Positions 27,726 to 36,402 of a stretch of DNA of 39,355 nucleotides are shown piece by piece. This DNA is from a virus (taxonomy: Duplodnaviria > Caudoviricetes). Each line of letters begins with the position of its first letter. The first letter of the stretch is position 1. Where the stretch lies: the IMG/VR virus record IMGVR_UViG_3300020045_005902, positions 1 through 39,355 of that record. One strand, given 5' to 3'. Both the position numbers and the translations under genes were made by a program. Under the pieces are notes generated by a model, which was not told the origin of the DNA, did no database searches, and worked only from the letters and a program-made list of their open reading frames with translations.

Positions 27726-30020
27726 ATGTTAGAACTTCAAAAAGCACTTAAATTTTTAGACTATTTTTCTATCCTTACCGTTGGCGATGATAAGATACCA
27801 AATTTTACGTGGAAAAAATACCAAGATAAAAAAATATCTATTAAACAATTCACGGAGCAATACGAGTATAAAGGCGGTAAGAAATGGACTGATAAAGATG
27901 GAATAGTTCGTGAAATTCAACCCACTACCAGTTTTGGAATACTAACGGGTTTTGAGGATTTGGAATGTATTGACGTAGATTTAAAAGTATTTTCAACCGC
28001 AAAGGAAAAGGTCGCTTTTTGGGATGAATATTTGCAAAATCTAAAAGACAATATTTTAGACTTTGAGGACAAGTTTGTAATTTATAAAACTAAAAATGAG
28101 GGTTTTCATATACTTTATAAATCTAAAAGAGTTCAAGGAAATACTAAAATTGCATCACTAAAGGGGCACAAAGAAGCGATAATTGAAACACGAGGAACGG
28201 GAGGTTATATTTTTGCTTATCCCGATAATCAAGTATCTAAGCTATCTTACTTTGATATTCAGTATATTTCAGATGATGACCGTGATGTATTAATGTCGTT
28301 TTCTAAAATGTATAATTACGTTGAGGAAATTACGTTAGAACCGAAAAAAGAAAAAACGGAATTTATAAAATCTGACTTAACCCCGTGGCAAGATTATAAT
28401 GATAAAACCGATATTTTAGATATTATCGGCTCGGAGTTTAAAATTGTATCGAACAATCATAAACATATTGTTATAAAAAGACACGGTGCAACTTCGGCTC
28501 ATAGCGGTTATATTTATAAAGATAGTGGTTGTATGTATTTGTTTTCAACTGGCACAATTTATCCACACGAAAAACTAATAACACCTTTCATAGCATTTAC
28601 TTATAAATATTATAATGGCGATTTTTCAGAAAGCGCAAAAGAACTTTATAAATTAGGCTACGGCTCGAGAATAAAAATAGAACCACCAAAAACTTTAATA
28701 GAGCCAGTAGCTGAAACTTACAATATAAAAAATGACGACTTAAAATTTCCGTTAGATATTTTCCCCGAACCAATACAAAATTATATTTTAGAGTGCAATT
28801 CAAAACTTGATTCAAATATTGATTATATGGGTTGCTCAATGTTATGGTTAATTTCTGTTTGCATTGGTAATAGTATCGAAATTGAAGTAAAACGTGGCTG
28901 GACTGAAAACGCTACTATTTGGATGTCGTTAGTTGGTAAAGCGGGTATAGGTAAAACACCCTCGATTAACAATATTATTTTTCCGTTGCAAAAAATAAAT
29001 TCACGTGAAATTAAAAAATATTTCAAGGAACTTGAAAAATATGAGTTTTATGAAAACCTAACAGCTAAGGAGAAAAAAGACTATCCCGAAGTATCAAAAC
29101 CAATTAAAACACAGTTTATAGCGAATGATATTACATTAGAAGCGCTTGTTGATTTACACCAAGAGAGCGATAATTCGGTAGGTGTTTTTAAAGACGAATT
29201 AGCCGGTTGGTTGAAAGATATGAATAAATATCGAGCTGGCTCAGATTTAGAATTTTGGCTATCGTGCTGGTCGGGAAAATCAGTCAGTTTAAATCGTTTA
29301 ACACGAAAAGGTTCGTTTATCGACAAACCGTTAATACCAGTACTCGGTGGTATTCAACCCGATATATTCAACAACTTTTATACTGATGAAAATAAAAGCA
29401 ATGGTTTTATGGATAGGATGTTACTTTCATTCCCTGATGCAGTAGTGGAAAAATACAATGAAAATGAATTGGAGTATGAAATATTAGACTGGTACAAAAA
29501 CAATATTATTTGTTTTTACGATAGTTTAAAATCGGTTATTAAACGAGATAAAGAAGATGCGATTGAATCAATGATTGCTAAATTCTCAAATGATGCAAAA
29601 ATTGAATGGATGCGAATTTTTAATATCATTACAGATTTTCAAAATGATGATAACGAAAACGAATATCTTAAATCTATGTACCCGAAGCAAAAATCTTATA
29701 TACCACGTTTTGCACTACTGATACATATTTTCGACGAGTTTTTCGGTAGCGGTGGTAATAGTTTATTAATTTCAAAAGAAAGTGTCTTAAAAGCAGAAAA
29801 ATTGAGTAATTATTTTATTGCTACTGCAAAGAAAGTTAAAATTAATTCAGTTGAGGCGAACGATTTAAAAACTGTTGCAAAAGGTGGTAAAAATAGTTTA
29901 GAAAAGTTGAAATTGATTTACGAAGAAAACCCAAATTTTAATAGAAGTAAGACGGCTGAGATTTTGGGATTGAGTAGGATGCAAATAAATAGATTACTTA
30001 AACAAATTGATAAAAAATAG
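27726..30020 (+). CDS. Primase-polymerase (AEP) fused to DUF3987-like P-loop helicase and C-terminal HTH
   Basis: GILTG...CIDVD...GFHILY...IETRGTGGY prim-pol motifs; FPLDIFP; Walker A GKAGIGKT; KDELAG; GGIQP; RSKTAEILGLSRMQINR HTH. Confidence 0.88.
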   Translation: MLELQKALKFLDYFSILTVGDDKIPNFTWKKYQDKKISIKQFTEQYEYKGGKKWTDKDGIVREIQPTTSFGILTGFEDLECIDVDLKVFSTAKEKVAFWDEYLQNLKDNILDFEDKFVIYKTKNEGFHILYKSKRVQGNTKIASLKGHKEAIIETRGTGGYIFAYPDNQVSKLSYFDIQYISDDDRDVLMSFSKMYNYVEEITLEPKKEKTEFIKSDLTPWQDYNDKTDILDIIGSEFKIVSNNHKHIVIKRHGATSAHSGYIYKDSGCMYLFSTGTIYPHEKLITPFIAFTYKYYNGDFSESAKELYKLGYGSRIKIEPPKTLIEPVAETYNIKNDDLKFPLDIFPEPIQNYILECNSKLDSNIDYMGCSMLWLISVCIGNSIEIEVKRGWTENATIWMSLVGKAGIGKTPSINNIIFPLQKINSREIKKYFKELEKYEFYENLTAKEKKDYPEVSKPIKTQFIANDITLEALVDLHQESDNSVGVFKDELAGWLKDMNKYRAGSDLEFWLSCWSGKSVSLNRLTRKGSFIDKPLIPVLGGIQPDIFNNFYTDENKSNGFMDRMLLSFPDAVVEKYNENELEYEILDWYKNNIICFYDSLKSVIKRDKEDAIESMIAKFSNDAKIEWMRIFNIITDFQNDDNENEYLKSMYPKQKSYIPRFALLIHIFDEFFGSGGNSLLISKESVLKAEKLSNYFIATAKKVKINSVEANDLKTVAKGGKNSLEKLKLIYEENPNFNRSKTAEILGLSRMQINRLLKQIDKK

Positions 30021-30265
30021 GTTACACGTTACAGTAAAATGTTACACTAATGTTACAGTAGTTTTTCAATGTTTACGGCACTTAACAAAGGAAAGTGTAA
30101 CGTAGGTTACAGTAAAACTGAAATGAAAAATAAAAACGAAAATAAAAAAATATTTTTTCAAAAATCAAAAAGTGTAACCTACGTTACACTTTTGCTCCGC
30201 AGACCCTATAAACATTGAAAAATAGGTGTAACATTTAGGTGTAACGTAGGTTACACTATGTTACA
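30021..30265. repeat. Putative replication origin: GTTACA/TGTAAC iterons around an AT-rich core
   Basis: 12 hexamers counted; perfect 20-bp inverted repeat 30092-30111/30173-30192; 14-bp inverted repeat 30062-30075/30209-30222. Confidence 0.8.
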
Positions 30266-30284
30266 GTAAGAAAATAATAAAATT

Positions 30285-30710
30285 ATGATACAAGAAGCAA
30301 TAAAAAACCAAGATTTTACAATGGTTTTTAAATCGGTTTTAGATTTAAAAAAGTACAGTTTTAATTCAGATTTTGAAAACAAAAAAGGAATTTATTTTTT
30401 GTGGTGTGATAATATTATAACTTATATCGGGATTAGTCAAAAGATATTTGATAGAATTTATAATTGTAGGACACCACACGTTAACGATAAGATTTTTAAT
30501 TATGTTTCTTTTTATGAATTAGATTTAATTAATAAGGATTTAGAGTTTTACGAATATGAATTAATTAGTTTATTTAAACCTAAAGACAACAATCAGAATA
30601 GAGGTTTTTTAAATTATAATTTTTTACCTATCAATTATAAATTGATTAAAGAAAAATTTGAAAAAAATAAACAAGTTCAATCCGCTATTAATATGGCAAA
30701 TTATTTTTAG
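30285..30710 (+). CDS. GIY-YIG family nuclease
   Basis: GIYFLW...TYIGIS...RI, conserved Glu helix, PKDN. Confidence 0.75.
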   Translation: MIQEAIKNQDFTMVFKSVLDLKKYSFNSDFENKKGIYFLWCDNIITYIGISQKIFDRIYNCRTPHVNDKIFNYVSFYELDLINKDLEFYEYELISLFKPKDNNQNRGFLNYNFLPINYKLIKEKFEKNKQVQSAINMANYF

Positions 30711-30713
30711 TCT

Positions 30714-32369
30714 ATGTATATATTACACCAACATCAAGAAGTAGTTAAACAAAAAATAAAAGATTGTTTAAATGCTAAAAATAAAAAAATACTTATTTCC
30801 GCTCCAACTGGTTTTGGTAAAACTATACTTTCTTATGATATCATTAAAAACGCACAGTTAAAAAATAATAAAGTGCTATTTACAACTCATAGGATAACCT
30901 TAGCGGAGCAATCATATAAAAAGTTTTTAGATTTAAAACCAAGTTATTTGCAAGGTGAAAATAAAAACTTTGATGAAAATTATACTTGTTTAGTAGCATC
31001 AATTCATACGCTTATAAATACTGAAATAATAGAACCTAAAATAGTTATTATTGACGAGGTACATTATGCTTACGATAGTAATTTAATCCAATCTTTATTT
31101 ACTCGGTTTCCAAATGCTATTTTTATCGGTTTGTCGGCTACTCCAGTAGATGATAAAGGTTTTTTGCTCGATGAATGGGATTCGATTATTGATGATTATC
31201 AAACTAAAGATTTGATTGAATTAGGATTTTTAACACCGTTTAAATGTTTTGCTCCGATGTCAATTAATTTAAGTGATGTAAAAATTAGCGGTAATGATTA
31301 TGATAATAAAGATTTAGAAAAAACTATAAACCGAATTGATATAAATAAATCAATAGTCAATAGTTATATTGAATTTGGAGAAATCCGTAGTTTTATTTGT
31401 TTTGCAATTAATAAAAATCATTGTAAAGAATTAGCGGTTGAGTTTGAAAAGAAAGGTGTAAAAGTTGGTATAATTACCGCTGACACTAAAGACAAACAAC
31501 GTGATAAATTAATTAATGACTTACGATTAAAAAAAATTAGTGGGTTAATTTCAATTGAAATATTAACGGCTGGTTTTGATGAACCTTTAGTTAGTTGTGT
31601 AATTTTTGCAACCGCTACTAAAAGTTGGAAAAAATACATTCAATGTGCTGGTCGTGGCATTAGATTGTTAGGTTTAAATATTGAAGAATCAATAATAAAC
31701 GGAAAATCTAACTGTATTATTTTAGATTGTTGTGAGAATATAAAAGAACACGGATTACCTGATGAAAGGAAAATATTTACGTTTAATAAAAAGATTGGTC
31801 GTGTTTTGGATAAAGAACTAAATATTGATACTGATAATGAAAAACGAAAAACATTAGTTTTAACAGAGGAAAAAGAAATATATCTTAAAAGCATTAGTTC
31901 AATATTGGATTTGTACGATGGAAAAGAATATAAACTTGAATCAGATTTACAAGATGATGTAAACAACTATCTTAAAAAGACTAATTATTTTTGGTGGAGA
32001 CAAAATAGCGGTAAGGCATACATAAAAGATAGATGGGTACATTTCGCATCAAAGAACGGATTACCCGACAACACGGTTTTTTATTCTAACACGTCTTTTT
32101 ATTTTGCATTAGAATTAAAATTACCTAAAGGGAGATTGACTGAATACCAAAAAGAAACGTTGCCCGAAATGACTGAAAAGAAAGTATTATTTTTTATTTG
32201 CGAATCAGTTTATGATGTTTATAAATCAATTGAACACGTTGAAAATAATATTATAAAAAACGAAACTGAAACTATTATTTTAAATAGTATTTACAATTTA
32301 CCACAAAGACAAATCGATTTAAGAAACCGTTTTAAATTACCATTATATGAACTCAATAAAATACAATAA
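30714..32369 (+). CDS. SF2 (DEAH-type) helicase with C-terminal VRR-NUC nuclease
   Basis: APTGFGKT, DEVH, GLSATP, AGFD and QCAGRGIR; C-terminal GLPD...ELKLPKGRLTEYQ. Confidence 0.9.
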   Translation: MYILHQHQEVVKQKIKDCLNAKNKKILISAPTGFGKTILSYDIIKNAQLKNNKVLFTTHRITLAEQSYKKFLDLKPSYLQGENKNFDENYTCLVASIHTLINTEIIEPKIVIIDEVHYAYDSNLIQSLFTRFPNAIFIGLSATPVDDKGFLLDEWDSIIDDYQTKDLIELGFLTPFKCFAPMSINLSDVKISGNDYDNKDLEKTINRIDINKSIVNSYIEFGEIRSFICFAINKNHCKELAVEFEKKGVKVGIITADTKDKQRDKLINDLRLKKISGLISIEILTAGFDEPLVSCVIFATATKSWKKYIQCAGRGIRLLGLNIEESIINGKSNCIILDCCENIKEHGLPDERKIFTFNKKIGRVLDKELNIDTDNEKRKTLVLTEEKEIYLKSISSILDLYDGKEYKLESDLQDDVNNYLKKTNYFWWRQNSGKAYIKDRWVHFASKNGLPDNTVFYSNTSFYFALELKLPKGRLTEYQKETLPEMTEKKVLFFICESVYDVYKSIEHVENNIIKNETETIILNSIYNLPQRQIDLRNRFKLPLYELNKIQ

Positions 32370-32586
32370 CCACCCCTACCACCTAAACCAATCCATCCAA
32401 ACCACCCCAAACGGAAACAATTTCCGCTACATTGGACTGCAAAAGGATTTAACCAAAGGTGCAACGTGGCGAAATAAGACCGAATACTTCCACTGGATTT
32501 ACACGTTCCACTACACCGACAAACAAGGCGGATTCACTTTACTTTTAGATTGCTATGATAAGGTTAGTTTTGGCGGTGTTATTTAG
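32347..32586 (+). CDS. Hypothetical protein
   Basis: Overlapping packed ORF. Confidence 0.55.
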   Translation: MNSIKYNNHPYHLNQSIQTTPNGNNFRYIGLQKDLTKGATWRNKTEYFHWIYTFHYTDKQGGFTLLLDCYDKVSFGGVI

Positions 32587-32642
32587 AATTTGTATAAATT
32601 AACATCGAAATTTGCATATATAAAAAAATAGTATTACTTTTG
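32581..32642 (+). promoter_or_regulatory. 19-bp box plus consensus Bacteroidota promoter
   Basis: ATTTAGAATTTGTATAAAT at 32581-32599; TTTG at 32611; 20-nt spacer; TACTTTTG at 32635. Confidence 0.7.
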
Positions 32643-32662
32643 ATTAACTAAAATATAAAAAT

Positions 32663-33139
32663 ATGGCTGGTAGAGAAAAAAAACAAATTTATGTTTATTC
32701 ATTAAAAGATGGTTCTTTTGTTGAATCCTTTGAAACGCAAACAGAATGTTTAAAAAAACACTTTCCAAAAGATATAAGTAAAAGACCTTTATTAATTCAC
32801 TCCTTTAGAATTGCTACGTCAAAAAATAAAGAAAAGCAAACGATAAAGTTTGGGATAAATGAAAACTTTATGTTTTTTGAAGAGCGTATTTATCGTGACG
32901 ATGTGGTTTTTTTATTTAGAATTTATAACTCTGAATATTGTAAAAAAGAAAAAGAATCAAAAGAAATTGAAGTATTTAATTTACTCGGTGAAAAAATAGC
33001 TGAGTTTAAAAACCTTAGATTATTAACTAAGTTAATGCCTTTTGTCAACGCTTCAAAACTTACAAGAAAATTAAACGGAATTTCAAAAAATGTAAATAGA
33101 CATAATAGATTGGGGTTGTTTTTTAAGTATAAACAATAA
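32663..33139 (+). CDS. NUMOD1-like repeat DNA-binding protein with no obvious nuclease domain
   Basis: IYVYSLKDGSFVESFET and IEVFNLLGEKIAEFKN repeats; terminal GLFFKY. Confidence 0.6.
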   Translation: MAGREKKQIYVYSLKDGSFVESFETQTECLKKHFPKDISKRPLLIHSFRIATSKNKEKQTIKFGINENFMFFEERIYRDDVVFLFRIYNSEYCKKEKESKEIEVFNLLGEKIAEFKNLRLLTKLMPFVNASKLTRKLNGISKNVNRHNRLGLFFKYKQ

Positions 33140-33226
33140 CCTTCCTTTCTTCAACCTTTGATTTTGATAAGGTTGTGGATGGGGTAAAGGAATTAATTAA
33201 AGAGTAATAACTAAAAAAATAAAATT

Positions 33227-33820
33227 ATGATTACGTCAATTTCAAAAGAACTTTACGAAGTTCAAATTCCAAATTTTAGCGGTAAAGTTTCAATGTTGCC
33301 ATTTAATCTTGAAAATTTATCAGAAGTGCCAAATCAATTTAAAGAAATGGTAAACAAAATGATTGAGTTTTTACCAATTAAAAAAGGCGTTGCTTATTTA
33401 ACAGTCGACGGTAAGCTAGTTGAAAAAGGTAAAACACAAAGACGTGGTGGTGTGCATATAGATGGAAATTATATTCCCGATGTATCTAGTTGGGGTGGTA
33501 ATGGTTGGAAAGTTGGAGAGGGTGGTAGAGTATTGTCCTCTGAACATCACAAACTATCCTATGAAAGTCAAACGGGTGGTATGCTAATAGCTTCGACTTA
33601 TCCCGCTTGTAAAGGTTGGAATGGTGTATTTAATGGTAAACCTTATATTGGTGGAGATTGTACAAGATTGGAAAATTTAGGAGATGGATTTATGTTAAAG
33701 CCTAATACAGTTTACTACGGTAACAGCCAATGGTTACACGAAAGCCTACCTATTGACCAAACAACACATCGAGTTATTGCAAGAATTACTTTACCAATGG
33801 ATTATCCTTTAATCAATTAA
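33227..33820 (+). CDS. 2-oxoglutarate/Fe(II)-dependent oxygenase-like protein
   Basis: GVHIDG (HxD), distal LHES His, terminal RVIAR strand. Confidence 0.6.
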   Translation: MITSISKELYEVQIPNFSGKVSMLPFNLENLSEVPNQFKEMVNKMIEFLPIKKGVAYLTVDGKLVEKGKTQRRGGVHIDGNYIPDVSSWGGNGWKVGEGGRVLSSEHHKLSYESQTGGMLIASTYPACKGWNGVFNGKPYIGGDCTRLENLGDGFMLKPNTVYYGNSQWLHESLPIDQTTHRVIARITLPMDYPLIN

Positions 33821-33826
33821 CCAAAA

Positions 33827-34087
33827 ATGAACCAACAAACAATTTTTACAGTGTACGTCTTAATGCAATCACAATCGGATTGCGACGACGCGAAAAGAAT
33901 ATGTGAGGCGTATGGGTTGCCGATGTGGAAACATCATATAGCGTTTAAATTTCTAAAAACTTTTCATAATTATTTTTGTAGTGAAGACGATAAAGATTTT
34001 GCTATTTACAATATGAAAAGAGAAAAAAACGAAATCTCCCTCACCCGCTTTAAAGAGCTATGTGAGGAATATAAATTAAATAAATAG
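33827..34087 (+). CDS. Hypothetical protein
   Basis: Packed ORF. Confidence 0.65.
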   Translation: MNQQTIFTVYVLMQSQSDCDDAKRICEAYGLPMWKHHIAFKFLKTFHNYFCSEDDKDFAIYNMKREKNEISLTRFKELCEEYKLNK

Positions 34088-34094
34088 AATTATT

Positions 34095-34325
34095 ATGGAA
34101 AATAAAGCAAATAATTGGGGTATAAAATTTCAAGAAATTATATCTAAATGCAGTGAAGCAAGAGTCTTTATGTTGGGTTCTTGGTGGAATATTTGTGAAT
34201 TTGAATTAGACTGCGGTTTGTTTAAATTGGACGTTATTGGTAGAACAGAATTACATCACTTACTTGACGCTGATAAATTTGAAGTCGATGGCGTTGAGTA
34301 TGAATTTGAACAAGTATTAAACTAA
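34095..34325 (+). CDS. Hypothetical protein
   Basis: Packed ORF. Confidence 0.65.
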   Translation: MENKANNWGIKFQEIISKCSEARVFMLGSWWNICEFELDCGLFKLDVIGRTELHHLLDADKFEVDGVEYEFEQVLN

Positions 34326-34341
34326 CCAACACCTAAAACAA

Positions 34342-34476
34342 ATGAAAACAAAAGAAGAAGTAATTAAAGAAGCGTATGTTGAATTGATTGGAGAGGAAAG
34401 ATTCAATGAAATTGACAGTAGAATTGATGCTAATGGTTGGATTGATTTCGATTATTTGCCAGAGGATTCAAATTAA
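34342..34476 (+). CDS. Small hypothetical protein (44 aa), possibly truncated
   Basis: Read from sequence: MKTKEEVIKEAYVELIGEERF...DANGWIDFDYLPEDSN*. Confidence 0.5.
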   Translation: MKTKEEVIKEAYVELIGEERFNEIDSRIDANGWIDFDYLPEDSN

Positions 34477-34522
34477 TACCGAAATAGTTGCTAATTAAAA
34501 AATAATTTGTAATTTTGTTTGC

Positions 34523-34969
34523 ATGATTGAAGAATTGTGCAAAAAAGATAGGTTTTGGCGAATAGTCGCTTACAGAATTTGCAAAGACAAATCGCTTGCC
34601 GACGATATGGTTCAGGAAATGTATTTAAAACTTTACAACTGCACTAAACAAATAAACGATTTCTATGTTATAATCACAATGAAAAACATATTCATCGATT
34701 CAACAAAAAAACAATCTTTATTAGTTCCGATTGATAAGTATGATTTTAGTAATGAGAATGAATTTTTAATCGACGATGCTGAAAAGAATTTAATCGATAG
34801 CTTAAAGTGGTATGAAAAAGAATTGATGGAAATGCTTTACGATAAATCACTTCGAGAAATACAAAGAGAACTAAATATAAACTATCAATTTGTAAACCGA
34901 ATATTAAAAAAATCTAAAAATAAATTATGGGAGGAAAGGGAAAAATTACAATCAAAAGCGGTGGCGTAG
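34523..34969 (+). CDS. Phage sigma-70/ECF-like sigma factor
   Basis: Region 2 LADDMVQEMYLKL...KNIFID; region 4 HTH SLREIQRELNINYQFV; TAATTTTG promoter box at 34510. Confidence 0.8.
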   Translation: MIEELCKKDRFWRIVAYRICKDKSLADDMVQEMYLKLYNCTKQINDFYVIITMKNIFIDSTKKQSLLVPIDKYDFSNENEFLIDDAEKNLIDSLKWYEKELMEMLYDKSLREIQRELNINYQFVNRILKKSKNKLWEEREKLQSKAVA

Positions 34970-35316
34970 GTACAACAATCGAAAATGCACTCGAAGCCGC
35001 AGGTGTTAAAAAACTAATCGAAATATTTGTAGATGGCAAAGATTGCGGTTGCGACCAACGTAAAGAAAAACTAAACCAATTACTGCCATATCGATTTAAG
35101 GCACGATGTTTGACAGAGCAGGAGTATAATGATTACAAGGTATTTATTGAAACACGAACATTGAAATTAAGTTGGGAGCAAATTGAATATGTTTGTGATT
35201 TATATTCATCTGTATTCAGTTTAACAAAATGGAGGCTTTGTGCAGGATGTAGTGTAAAACTACTTATTGCAATGATTGATAAATTAGATAAAGTATTTGA
35301 GGCTTATGAAAACTAA
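34927..35316 (+). CDS. Cys-rich hypothetical protein (possible Zn-binding)
   Basis: DCGCDQRKEKLN and CAGC motifs; overlaps the sigma gene. Confidence 0.7.
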   Translation: MGGKGKITIKSGGVGTTIENALEAAGVKKLIEIFVDGKDCGCDQRKEKLNQLLPYRFKARCLTEQEYNDYKVFIETRTLKLSWEQIEYVCDLYSSVFSLTKWRLCAGCSVKLLIAMIDKLDKVFEAYEN

Positions 35317-35395
35317 TTTTAAATTAATAGGATTAATTATTTCTTTTATTGCTTGCGTGTTTAGTTGGTATTCTGTTTATCTTTGTTTAAAATAA
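35306..35395 (+). CDS. Very small hydrophobic peptide (29 aa)
   Basis: Read from sequence; single TM; fills the gap. Confidence 0.35.
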   Translation: MKTNFKLIGLIISFIACVFSWYSVYLCLK

Positions 35396-35399
35396 TATT

Positions 35400-35558
35400 A
35401 TGAAACACTATCTCAAAGAAGTTACAGTTAGAGAAACAGAAAACGCCACACTTGAATATAAAGCAGTATACAAAAACAATTTTTTTGTTGAAATGAATTT
35501 ATATTTTGAAACTGATTATATTGAGGGTGTAGAAATACCAACTATTTATGAAAAGTAA
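35400..35558 (+). CDS. Small hypothetical protein (52 aa)
   Basis: Read from sequence: MKHYLKEVTV...PTIYEK*. Confidence 0.5.
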   Translation: MKHYLKEVTVRETENATLEYKAVYKNNFFVEMNLYFETDYIEGVEIPTIYEK

Positions 35559-35715
35559 AGAAATATTGTTTTTAGAATGGGTTGCGGAAAATCATTATAG
35601 ATTACAAAACGTAGGGGATGGTGTTTATTATTGGATTTCTGAAAACGATGAAACAGGTTTAAAAACATCGCAGGAATTGTTAAGAATTTATATAAATCAA
35701 TTAGATGAAAACTAA
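35548..35715 (+). CDS. Small hypothetical protein (55 aa)
   Basis: Read from sequence: MKSKEILFLEWVAENHY...TSQELLRIYINQLDEN*. Confidence 0.55.
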   Translation: MKSKEILFLEWVAENHYRLQNVGDGVYYWISENDETGLKTSQELLRIYINQLDEN

Positions 35716-35941
35716 ACAAAAGTATTTTCGTTTTTATAAAAATTGGTATGGGATTTGTTTTACTCCAAAAGAAGAAGCGTTTTTTAGTTTAAGAAACGGA
35801 TATAGAAAATCTATATTTTTATTTGGCTGGTACATCTATCTTTTAAAACCTGTTAGAAAATATGAAATTCCAACAGGACAATTAACGCTTCCTGACGATG
35901 GTCATTATAATTATAAATTTATAAAGCAAAATGAAAACTAA
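35705..35941 (+). CDS. Hypothetical protein
   Basis: Packed ORF. Confidence 0.6.
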   Translation: MKTKQKYFRFYKNWYGICFTPKEEAFFSLRNGYRKSIFLFGWYIYLLKPVRKYEIPTGQLTLPDDGHYNYKFIKQNEN

Positions 35942-36185
35942 ACTATTACTTTTATTATTACTATTCGCTTTAACATCTTCTACCTGTTCAAACGATGAAC
36001 AACAAACAGGATGCGATTGTGAAATTGGTTATTATCTTTATGTTCCCGAAGTTGGTGGATTAGGAGGAGAATACCAACACCAATTTTCAGAGCCTATTGA
36101 TTTTGATTGTGTAAATGAAGATTACGGATTTTATTTTCAAGTAAGTAATGTGAATTATAACTATGCTAAAATTAAGTGTGAGTAG
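35931..36185 (+). CDS. Small Cys-containing lipoprotein
   Basis: MKTKLLLLLLLFALTSST|C followed by acidic SNDE, resembling a Bacteroidota surface-export signal. Confidence 0.65.
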   Translation: MKTKLLLLLLLFALTSSTCSNDEQQTGCDCEIGYYLYVPEVGGLGGEYQHQFSEPIDFDCVNEDYGFYFQVSNVNYNYAKIKCE

Positions 36186-36397
36186 TGGGAAATATTAAAC
36201 AAAATACAGATGATTGGAACCCGTATTTTATAAAATATAGCAAGGGTGAAGAAATAATTGTTTTTTATGAAAAGTCTTGGTTTTGCAATGATTTAAAAAT
36301 AATTCACAAAAGTAAAAAACAATATACAGATTGTCCTTATTGCAATACAAAAGAAGATAGAGATAAATACTTAAAAGACAGTTTAAAAGAATCTTAA
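36185..36397 (+). CDS. Hypothetical protein (CxxC)
   Basis: GTG start; packed ORF. Confidence 0.5.
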   Translation: MGNIKQNTDDWNPYFIKYSKGEEIIVFYEKSWFCNDLKIIHKSKKQYTDCPYCNTKEDRDKYLKDSLKES

Positions 36398-36402
36398 TAA
36401 TA

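Noticed and set aside
30021-30265. CRISPR array or transposon ends
   Set aside because: Hexameric repeats in both orientations with no regular spacers and no cas or transposase gene; fits an origin
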